From Planctomycetota bacterium (GTDB lineage Bacteria; Planctomycetota; GCA-002687715; CAIWVZ01), in assembly GCA_044222185.1 (NCBI GenBank), contig JBGANV010000010.1, positions 1 through 64,000 on the forward strand: DNA of 64,000 bases, written 5' to 3'. Made by a program: the position numbers and the translations under genes. Below, one piece after another: positions 56,436 to 64,000 of the stretch (positions are counted from its first letter, which is position 1; every line of letters starts with the position of its first letter). The notes under the pieces are model-generated. The model was not told the DNA's origin. It saw nothing but the letters and a program-made list of their open reading frames with translations, and did not search any database.

Positions 56436-57737
56436 TCAAGGGGCTGCGTCGCCGGCGAACGTCCCGAACGCAGCGTCGTAGTCGACGGCAGCGGCAGAGA
56501 GCGCAAGCTCGGCTTCGACGACGGCCAAGCGGGAGTCGGCCTCCGCGCGGGCCGCCTCGAGCCAGTCGGCGAACCTGCCGCTGCCCGCGCGAAACAGCTT
56601 CTCGGCGGCATCCACGAGTGCGTGCTTGCGCTCGGAGGCTGCGCGGTGGCGCGCGAGGATCTCCTCGGCAGCCGCGACGGCGTCGTCGGCGATGACCGCC
56701 TCGCGGACGACGTCACGCGCGGTCCTGCGGAGCTCAGCTGCGGCGCCCAACAGGGCGGCGCGGGTGCCCTCTTCGACTTCGGCTCCTGAATCGAAGATGG
56801 GAAGAGCGAGCGTGACCTCGCCCACACCGCGGTTCTCTCCGTCGATGCGGCGGTAACCGAAGGAGAGCGCTGGAAGGAGCGCCACGCGCGACGCAGCAAG
56901 CTGGAGCCGAGCGAGTGCCGCGTCGTAGCCGGCCCGTGCCTCGGCGGTTTCGGGGCGGCGCGCGGTCGCGCGTTCGAGGCGCTCCTCCATGGGCGTCGCG
57001 CGATCGATGGGCGCTGCCGTCGGAACATCGTCGGTCTGGATCGGAACCGGTCGCTCCATGCCGATCGCGAAGGCGAGTGAGATCTCCTGGGCCCGCGCGT
57101 CGAGCTGCGCCTTCGTCTCCTCGGACTGCGCGTCGGCCAGGTCGACCTCGGCTCGCGTCACGTCGATTCGCGGAGCGAGGCCTGCGCCGGCGAAACGGCG
57201 CGCGGCGTCCATTGCTTTCGTCGCTGCGGCGACGCGGTCGCTTGCGAGCGCGCGGCGACGGCGCGCGGCGAGCAAACCGTCGTAGGCGCGGCGTACGGAG
57301 ACTTCGAGATCGGATCGCTCCTTGCGGAGCCGTGCGATCTCCGACCGCAGCTCTGCCGAGGCGATCGCCTCCTCGTACGGTCGTGCCAGGAGCTTCTCCA
57401 ACGCGTAGCCCAGGCTGAACGTCTGCTGGACCGGTGATGGCGCGCCACCGAGCGCGAAGTCCTCCCACGACGCCGTGAGCTCGGGATTGGGTAGAAGTCC
57501 CGCCTGGCGCGCGGCGGATCGGGCCATGCGGAGCCGTGCCTCCCAGGCTGCGACCGTCGGCGCGCTCTGGAGCGCGAGCTCGACGCATCGCGCCCTGGTC
57601 AGCGGGCCTGCAGCGACCTCGGCTCCATGGCCGGGCGCGATTGTCGGCTCGGTGACGGTCCCGCAGCTCGCGACCGCGATGGCGATCGCGAGCCGCGCGG
57701 CGAAGGCGCGGAGCGCCCGTCGACGATCACGCCACAT
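56436..57737 (-). CDS. TolC/CzcC family outer-membrane factor (lipoprotein)
   Basis: Lipobox-like VASC; LPNPEL; LALPIFD; last gene of the RND operon. Confidence 0.88.
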   Translation of the reverse strand: MWRDRRRALRAFAARLAIAIAVASCGTVTEPTIAPGHGAEVAAGPLTRARCVELALQSAPTVAAWEARLRMARSAARQAGLLPNPELTASWEDFALGGAPSPVQQTFSLGYALEKLLARPYEEAIASAELRSEIARLRKERSDLEVSVRRAYDGLLAARRRRALASDRVAAATKAMDAARRFAGAGLAPRIDVTRAEVDLADAQSEETKAQLDARAQEISLAFAIGMERPVPIQTDDVPTAAPIDRATPMEERLERATARRPETAEARAGYDAALARLQLAASRVALLPALSFGYRRIDGENRGVGEVTLALPIFDSGAEVEEGTRAALLGAAAELRRTARDVVREAVIADDAVAAAEEILARHRAASERKHALVDAAEKLFRAGSGRFADWLEAARAEADSRLAVVEAELALSAAAVDYDAAFGTFAGDAAP

Positions 57738-60700
57738 CGTCTGCCTCCGGGTTCAAGCTTCCGCGCGCGAGGGTCGCGCAGCCCAAGGGCACGACGATCA
57801 GCGTGAAGATCGTGGAGACGACGAGTCCCCCGATGACGGCGATGGCGAGGGGCCGCTGCAGTTCGGAACCGGTTCCGAATTTCAGCGCGAGAGGTACGAG
57901 TCCGGCGATGGCCGCGAGCGTCGTCATGAGGATCGGCCGCAGCCGCACGCGCGCCGCCTCGATCACGGCCTCGATGTCCGACATCCCGTCGCGTCGAAGC
58001 TGCTGCGCCGACTCGATCATGATGATTCCGTTCTTCACGACGAGTCCCACGAGCATGATGAGGCCCATCCCCGAGCTCACGTTCAGCGCGACGCCCGAGA
58101 GCTTCAACGCATACAGCCCTCCCAGCTGACCGAACGGCAGCGTCAGGAACATCACGGCGGGCAGGCGAAGAGAGCGGAACTGCGCAACGAGGAGCAGGAA
58201 CACGAGGCCAGCGCCGATGCCGCATACGAGCATCATGTTCGCGAACGTGTCCTTCTGGCTCGCGGCCTGACCACCGAACTCGACGCGAACGGACGGGTCC
58301 CTCGGGATCGCGAGCACGGCCTTTTCGACGGCGGCCGCCGCCGATCCCAGGTCGCGCCCGGAGACCGCGGCGGTGACCGTGACCATGGGCGTCTGGTTCT
58401 CGCGGGCGAGCTCGTTCTCGTTCAGCGTACGTTCGAACGTGGCGAGGGATGAGATGGGCACGACGCCGAGGCCGTCGCCGGACCTGGGCGCGGGAAGCAT
58501 CACCGTCGGCGGCGCGTCCGTCGTCGCGCGCGGCGATCTCCACGCGTCTCCGACGCGCACGCGGACGTCGACGAAGATGTCCCGCTGCTGGAGCCTCGTG
58601 GCCACGATGCCGACGAGCTGTGCGGTGGTCTCCTCGGCGATGGCGGCGTTGGTGAGGTTCACCCGGGCGGTCTCGTAGGGGTTGGGGCGCCAGCGCAGTT
58701 CGGGGCTCCCGAACGAGACACCGCTTGCGACGTCGACGACTCCCGGAATCGATTCGAGTGCGTGCTCGACGTCGGCAGCCGCGGCCTGCAGCGTCTTGTA
58801 GTCCGAACCGAGGAGCTTCACTTCGATCGGTTCGGGATTGCCCGCCAGGTCGTTGATCGTGTCCTCGATCGCCTGCACGAACTCGAATTCGGACTGCGGC
58901 ACTTCGACGGCGAGCCGCTCGCGAAGATCGTCCATGACCTCGGCGATGCTCCGGTTGCGTTCCTCGCGAGGCTTCAGACCGATGAGGAAGTCGCCCGTGA
59001 ATTGTTCCGTCGCGAAGAAGCCCAGCTCTGCGCCCGTGCGCCTGGAGAACGATCGGATCTCGCCCACGCTCGCGAGGATCGCTTCCACGCGCCGGCATGC
59101 GGCATCCGTCTCGGCGAGGCTGGATCCCACGGGCAAGGTGTAATCGAGAACGAACCCGCCCTCGTCCATCTGGGGGAAGAGCCCCGTTTCCGTCTCGCCG
59201 AGTCCCGCGAACCCGGCGACGAGCACGGCTGCGCAGAAGATCCACGCGACCGTTCGATGGCCCAGCACCCCGCGGGCGAAACCTCCGTAACGGTCCTGCA
59301 GCCAGGTCATCCAACGCCGGGGCTTCGGCGCACGCGGCATGCCGATCCTCGTCGCGAGCAGGAGCGGCGCATAGACGAGCGATACGACCGCGGAGGCGAC
59401 GATGCTGACGCCGAGCGCCAGGCTCAGGCTCCGGAAGAATTGGCCGACGACGCCTTCGAGCAGGACCAGCGGCAGGAACACCACGACCGTCGTCAACGAC
59501 GATCCGACCACGGCGCCAAAGACCTCCGTCACGGCATGACCGATGACGCGCAGGCGCTCCGCGCTGGCGGATCCCGCCTTTTGGAGTCGTCGGGCCACGT
59601 TCTCCGTCGTGACGATGGCGTCGTCGATGACGAAGCCGATGGCGACCGCGAGCCCGCCCAGGCTCATCAGGTTCAGCGATTCGCCCATGAGCGGGAACAT
59701 GGCGATCGTGAGTGCGACGGACACCGGGATCGCGAGGCCCGCCACGATCGTCATTCGGAGGTCGCCGAGGAACACGGCGATCACGAGGATCGAGAGCAGC
59801 GCGCCGAGTCCGATGGCGTCCTCCACTCCCGCCACGGCGTCGTTCACCAGGGTCGCCTGGTCGTAGACGGTTTCGATGGACCCGCCGCCGGGGACGTGGG
59901 GGCGTTCGTCCGCGAGGATCGCGGCCACGTCGCGCGAGAGATCCGTGACTTTCCCTCCGTCACGAAGGAAGACGCTCACGACGGTCGCATCGACGCCCCC
60001 GCCGGTGACGATCGTCGTCTGCTCCGCCGTCGTTTCGACGATCGAGCCCAGGTCGGCGAGTCGGACCGGTTCGTCGTTTTCGCGTGCGACCGCCACGTCG
60101 CCGAGCTGCGAGGGATGTTCCACCAGGCCGTCGACGAGGATCTGGTATTGCAGGCCCTCTGCGGACGATCGGCCCACGGACGCCTGGACGTTGGCGTTGG
60201 CGAGCGCATCGACCACCTGCTTCGCCGAGATTCCGGTCGCCGCGAGTCGGACGGGGTCGGCCTCGAATACGTACTCGCGGCGGTCACCGGACTGCACGGT
60301 CACCATGAACGCATCGGGCAGGCGCGCGAGCCGCGGCCGCAGGTTCAGCTCGCACCATTCCGCGAGGCGGGCACGCGCGACGGGGTTCTTCGCATCGCCC
60401 CGGCCCGGGAGCACGTTGAAGCTCATCACCGGGAACACGGCGGGAGTCTGCTGTTCGATGGTCACCTTGCAGTCGGCGGGCAGTGCTGCACCTGCGACGC
60501 GAGCCCGCACGAGGGCGAGGGCATCGCGCATCTCGACCGTCGGGCGGAAGTCCAGCGAGAACTCGCTCGCGCCACGGATGGTCTTCGACCGGACTCGTTG
60601 GAGGTCGGGCACTGCGCTGACCGCCTGTTCGATGGGCCGTGTGACCTCGAGGAGCATGCCTCGGACGGGGTTCTCACCACGCTCGACGATCACGGCGATG

Positions 60701-60831
60701 CGCGCGAACGCGACGCGGGGGTAGATGCTGCGAGACGACGTGAACGTGGCGCGCACGCCGGCCGCAGCGAGCAGCGCGAGAAGGACGAACAGCGCCCGAC
60801 GGTGCGGGCGCGCGCGCTCGACGATCCTCAC
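57727..60831 (-). CDS. RND efflux permease (AcrB/CusA/CzcA superfamily)
   Basis: SLNLMSLGGLAVAIGFVIDDAIVTTEN, FPQMDEG, GLVVKNGI, RLRPILMTT. Confidence 0.95.
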   Translation of the reverse strand: MRIVERARPHRRALFVLLALLAAAGVRATFTSSRSIYPRVAFARIAVIVERGENPVRGMLLEVTRPIEQAVSAVPDLQRVRSKTIRGASEFSLDFRPTVEMRDALALVRARVAGAALPADCKVTIEQQTPAVFPVMSFNVLPGRGDAKNPVARARLAEWCELNLRPRLARLPDAFMVTVQSGDRREYVFEADPVRLAATGISAKQVVDALANANVQASVGRSSAEGLQYQILVDGLVEHPSQLGDVAVARENDEPVRLADLGSIVETTAEQTTIVTGGGVDATVVSVFLRDGGKVTDLSRDVAAILADERPHVPGGGSIETVYDQATLVNDAVAGVEDAIGLGALLSILVIAVFLGDLRMTIVAGLAIPVSVALTIAMFPLMGESLNLMSLGGLAVAIGFVIDDAIVTTENVARRLQKAGSASAERLRVIGHAVTEVFGAVVGSSLTTVVVFLPLVLLEGVVGQFFRSLSLALGVSIVASAVVSLVYAPLLLATRIGMPRAPKPRRWMTWLQDRYGGFARGVLGHRTVAWIFCAAVLVAGFAGLGETETGLFPQMDEGGFVLDYTLPVGSSLAETDAACRRVEAILASVGEIRSFSRRTGAELGFFATEQFTGDFLIGLKPREERNRSIAEVMDDLRERLAVEVPQSEFEFVQAIEDTINDLAGNPEPIEVKLLGSDYKTLQAAAADVEHALESIPGVVDVASGVSFGSPELRWRPNPYETARVNLTNAAIAEETTAQLVGIVATRLQQRDIFVDVRVRVGDAWRSPRATTDAPPTVMLPAPRSGDGLGVVPISSLATFERTLNENELARENQTPMVTVTAAVSGRDLGSAAAAVEKAVLAIPRDPSVRVEFGGQAASQKDTFANMMLVCGIGAGLVFLLLVAQFRSLRLPAVMFLTLPFGQLGGLYALKLSGVALNVSSGMGLIMLVGLVVKNGIIMIESAQQLRRDGMSDIEAVIEAARVRLRPILMTTLAAIAGLVPLALKFGTGSELQRPLAIAVIGGLVVSTIFTLIVVPLGCATLARGSLNPEADDVA

Positions 60832-62195
60832 TTGCGTTCACCTGCGGGCGCGGATTCGGCAGCGCGAGATTCTGGTGACTCGGCGACGACGGCCGTGTCG
60901 TCCGGGAGGTTGTATCCGCCGTCGACGATCACGAGCGTGCCCGGCGCGATCTCACCGTCGATGGCGATTCGTCCGCGCGCTCGACCGAGAATCTTCACGG
61001 GGACCCTGTGGGAATGTCCGTCCTGTATCGTGACGACGACCTGTTCGTCCTCCGCGCGGAGGATCGCCGCTTCGGGCACGAGAAGGGCGTCAGCGATTCG
61101 GCCGGATTCGAGCTCGCCGCGCACGACGAGCCCCGGCCGCAAGGGCGGGTCACCTGGGGCGGGGACGACGATCACGTCCACCATCCCTGCCGCAGACACG
61201 CCGTGCCCGATCGCGACCACGGCACCGCTGCCCGAGTCACCGAAGGTCGCCGTCGAGCCGACCGCGATGCGCGCGACCTGCGGTGCTGGGACGGCGAACG
61301 CGATGAGGCGTCCTGGCAGGAGAATCGACCCGAGCGACGTCCCCGCTTCGATGCGATCGCCGACGTGTGGGACGAGCGCGGTGATGCGGCCGGCCGCAGG
61401 TGCCGCCACCGTGCACTCCGTCAGCACGAGCTCCGCATCGGCGACGGCCGCCCGCGCGGATGTCACGCTGGACGCGAGGGCCGCACGCTTGAAGGACGCG
61501 GCCTTCTCGGTGAACGCGGCGAGGGTTCGTGTCGCGGCGTCACGCTCGTCGGCCTTGCGTTGGACCTCCTGTTGCGCCTCGAACAGCTCGCGTTCCGCGA
61601 TCAGGCCGTCCTTCAGCAGCGGTTCGAGGCGCGCGACCTGCGCCCTCGCCACGCGCTCATCGACCTCCGAGCGGTTCTTCGCGGCCTGGAGGTCGAGGCG
61701 CTCACGGTCCTTGCCGACGGCATCGAACTCGGCCAATGCGTTCTCCGCCTGCTCGAGGGTCGCGCGCAGCTGGACGAGCGACGCGAGCTGAGGCGCTGGG
61801 TCGATCTTGCAGATCAGGTCGCCCTTTCCGACGTCCCGTCCGGCCACGGTTCCGACCTCGATGACGCGACCACTGGCCCGTGATGACAGGCCGATGACCG
61901 CCGCGTCGTCCGCGAGGACACGACCGAGGGCGATCGTCGTCGTGATCAGCACGCCTTTCGCGGCTGGCGCGGCCTCGACCTTCACGCCCGCGTGGTCGGC
62001 TTCGTGCTCGCCGGTCGCCTTCTCCTCCTGCTCGGTCGTCGCCTGTGGGGCGGCGGGATGAAGGAACCTCGGGATCGCCCATCCGAATGCGGCGCCGGCC
62101 AGAAGCAGCGCGAAGCCCGCTGTGATCTTCGTCCAGGCGGTCGTCTTCGATCTCGCGTTCGAATCGCTGCTGCTCAATCGATCTCCCGTGCGCAT
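60828..62195 (-). CDS. RND periplasmic adaptor (membrane fusion protein)
   Basis: TM; SGRVIEV...VGKGD lipoyl half; coiled hairpin; APAAGRI; LRPG; LLVPEAAI. Confidence 0.9.
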   Translation of the reverse strand: MRTGDRLSSSDSNARSKTTAWTKITAGFALLLAGAAFGWAIPRFLHPAAPQATTEQEEKATGEHEADHAGVKVEAAPAAKGVLITTTIALGRVLADDAAVIGLSSRASGRVIEVGTVAGRDVGKGDLICKIDPAPQLASLVQLRATLEQAENALAEFDAVGKDRERLDLQAAKNRSEVDERVARAQVARLEPLLKDGLIAERELFEAQQEVQRKADERDAATRTLAAFTEKAASFKRAALASSVTSARAAVADAELVLTECTVAAPAAGRITALVPHVGDRIEAGTSLGSILLPGRLIAFAVPAPQVARIAVGSTATFGDSGSGAVVAIGHGVSAAGMVDVIVVPAPGDPPLRPGLVVRGELESGRIADALLVPEAAILRAEDEQVVVTIQDGHSHRVPVKILGRARGRIAIDGEIAPGTLVIVDGGYNLPDDTAVVAESPESRAAESAPAGERK

Positions 62196-62277
62196 GGCTG
62201 GTCGCGGCAAGTTACAGGAGGAGCGAGGGACCCGCCACGGGTCGCGAAGGTTCTGCCGTCAGCCATTCGGTGCGAGC

Positions 62278-62823
62278 ATGGCGCCCATGCCACCGACACC
62301 GCGCTACGGCGGACTGGATGACGACCTCGTCTTGCGGCCCATCGGCCTCGTGAGGTCGCCGTTCGTGGTCCACGCGGGGACGCCGCGCCAGCCGGGCGTC
62401 GGTGAGATCGTCGACGGTGAGATCGTGCTTCGCCCGGGGCTTCAGAATCTGCTCAAGGACTTGCGCGGGTTCAGCCACGTCTGGGTGCTGTATTGGTTCA
62501 ACTACAGCCGCGGCTGGAACGAGATGGTCAAGCCGCCGCGGGACACGCGCAAGCGGGGGTTGTTCGCCACGCGATCGCCCCATCGGCCCAATCCCATCGG
62601 CATGTCCGTCGTGCAACTTCTGCACGTTCGCGGGTGCCGCCTGCGGATCCGAGGCCTCGACATGCTGGATGGCACTCCCGTGCTCGACCTGAAGCCCTAC
62701 GTGCCGTACGCCGATGCGATCCCCACGGCGAAGGCCGGGTGGGTCGACGCGCTTCCGCCGGAGCCCGGGCCGGATCACCGGACGGCGCGCGGGCGGGCGA
62801 GGGCGCGGCAGCCAGCGGACTGA
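62278..62823 (+). CDS. trmO: tRNA (t6A37) N6-methyltransferase TrmO/TsaA
   Basis: PIGLVRSPF, PRQPG, GFSHVWVLY, GLFATRSPHRPNPIG, LDGTPVLDLKPY. Confidence 0.92.
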   Translation: MAPMPPTPRYGGLDDDLVLRPIGLVRSPFVVHAGTPRQPGVGEIVDGEIVLRPGLQNLLKDLRGFSHVWVLYWFNYSRGWNEMVKPPRDTRKRGLFATRSPHRPNPIGMSVVQLLHVRGCRLRIRGLDMLDGTPVLDLKPYVPYADAIPTAKAGWVDALPPEPGPDHRTARGRARARQPAD

Positions 62824-62854
62824 TTCCCCTCGCCATCCTGGCGCAACCGGCGCG

Positions 62855-62903
62855 AAAACGACGCGACCCCCGCGTCGGGCAATCCCGGGCGGGGGTCGTT
62901 CGT
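62855..62903. terminator. Putative intrinsic terminator hairpin between convergent genes
   Basis: CGACCCCCGC...GCGGGGGTCG inverted repeat, with AAAA on the left flank. Confidence 0.6.
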
Positions 62904-62927
62904 GCGAGCGGACGTGCGTGGCTCAGG

Positions 62928-63404
62928 TCACTTGATCGTGCCGACGAGAGCCGTGGTGAAGTTGTGGGTCGTCCGCGACTCGTTGGTCACGTAGGCCTGG
63001 ACGATGAACTGCACGCCGATGAGGTTCGGATCGTTGGGGAACGTGTAGCTCATCAGCGTCGACTGCCCGGGGAGGATGCCGCCGGTGAGCGGGCCACCTT
63101 CCGAGAAGATGTGGAACGGGCGGTTCTGGTTGATGAAGAGGTCGCCGCCGATGCCGGTCATCTGGTGCTGGACGTTGTCCCAGGGGGCGTACTCCTGCCA
63201 CACGGTGCAGAAGTAGCCTTCGATCCCGACCGCGCCGGCCTGGATCTGGAAGATCGAGGTCGTGCCGAGGGTGAAGCTGTCGGTCGGGGTCAGGTCGACG
63301 AGGCGGCAGCTGGAGGGCACGCCCATTTCGGCGGACTGGGCGAGGGTGGGGAGGGTGACGAGGGCGAGCAGCAGGGCCGAGGCGATGAGGGTGTTGCGAC
63401 GCAT
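62928..63404 (-). CDS. Small secreted protein made essentially of the shared C-terminal 'QA' domain
   Basis: SD AGGAG; signal peptide TLA-Q; FPNDPNLIGVQFIVQAYV. Confidence 0.8.
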   Translation of the reverse strand: MRRNTLIASALLLALVTLPTLAQSAEMGVPSSCRLVDLTPTDSFTLGTTSIFQIQAGAVGIEGYFCTVWQEYAPWDNVQHQMTGIGGDLFINQNRPFHIFSEGGPLTGGILPGQSTLMSYTFPNDPNLIGVQFIVQAYVTNESRTTHNFTTALVGTIK

Positions 63405-63546
63405 GACGTGTCTCCTGGTTCTTCTCGCGACCGCGGGAGTGCGGTCGACTGGCACCTACACCGTGTGCCGGCGGGCGGAGGCATTACACGCGAGCCCGAA
63501 TTCCGCGGTCGGCGGCGGGCGAGCCGTGCCGGTACGATGGCGGCCC

Positions 63547-64000
63547 ATGGAACTCGGACCCGGCCGTTGGCTGCTCGCTCTTCTGTGCTCGTGCGGAATC
63601 GCCTGGGGGCAGGTGCCTCCGGGGCCGGCAGCGGGCAAGGCCGCCCCCGTGACGAGCTTCTCGTTCGTCCACGCCTCCGACACTCACGCGCCGGACTCGC
63701 GCAGCACGGCGACGATCGCCACGATCCGGCACGACGCGCCCATCGAGCTCACTCCGTTCCGGACGACGGCGCCCGCGCCCGAGTTCGCCATCACGACGGG
63801 CGACGTCACGGAGTTCGGTGGGTCAGCGGCCGGCCGCGCCGCGTTCGAGTCGAACGCGGCGGCGTGGAAGTCCATCGGGTTGCCCGTCTGGTACACGATG
63901 GGGAACCACGATGCGACCTGGGACTGTCTCCGGTCCCGGCTGCGCGAAGTCCAGGGCGGCGCGAACCTCGCGTTCGAGAAGCACGGTGTGAAGTTCCTGC
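63547..64000 (+). CDS. Secreted calcineurin-like metallophosphoesterase (runs off the window edge)
   Basis: Manual translation MELGPGRWLL...FVHASDTH...TGDVTE...MGNHD; absent from the ORF track because there is no stop in the window. Confidence 0.85.
   Translation, partial: MELGPGRWLLALLCSCGIAWGQVPPGPAAGKAAPVTSFSFVHASDTHAPDSRSTATIATIRHDAPIELTPFRTTAPAPEFAITTGDVTEFGGSAAGRAAFESNAAAWKSIGLPVWYTMGNHDATWDCLRSRLREVQGGANLAFEKHGVKFL

Noticed and set aside
58762-61791. Very long antisense ORFs (also 6522-8885, 18349-20697, 30917-32629, 43328-45331)
   Set aside because: Shadow ORFs opposite well-supported genes, expected at this GC content.

Overview
GC-rich (roughly 68-70% by eye) bacterial chromosome segment, most likely from an uncultured Planctomycetota lineage. 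This assignment is inferred from a planctomycete-type ECF sigma/Ser-Thr kinase pair, a barrel-less secretin-N protein and a FlgH with no lipobox. Contents in order: (1) an ArsR-VOC pair, glutathione peroxidase, pgeF region, GH172 and an acyltransferase; (2) a Wzy-dependent exopolysaccharide locus in two divergent arms (about 9.7-25.7 kb) with an ECF sigma factor and Hanks kinase at the head of the left arm; (3) dinB; (4) a flagellar hook/basal-body cluster (flgF-G-A-H-I-J-N-K-L; fliK-flgD-flgE-PilZ; divergent flgM) with sigma54- and sigma28-like promoters, interrupted by an FG-GAP gene and a three-gene SPFH operon; (5) an M14 peptidase, HDOD protein, glpD, an RND efflux triplet, trmO and a truncated metallophosphoesterase. 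No rRNA, tRNA, CRISPR array or transposase was recognised. Best leads: a C-terminal domain shared by four unrelated secreted proteins (candidate sorting or anchoring signal); a near-universal Gln at +1 of mature exported proteins; a pair of SPFH proteins with a triplicated N-terminal subdomain plus a TM-winged-helix partner; a putatively phospho-activated ECF sigma factor (DAED replaced by DPSD) in an EPS locus lacking a BY-kinase; and a REPIN-like family whose structure is conserved across three loci while its sequence varies. All calls come from reading the sequence only; no database searches were run.
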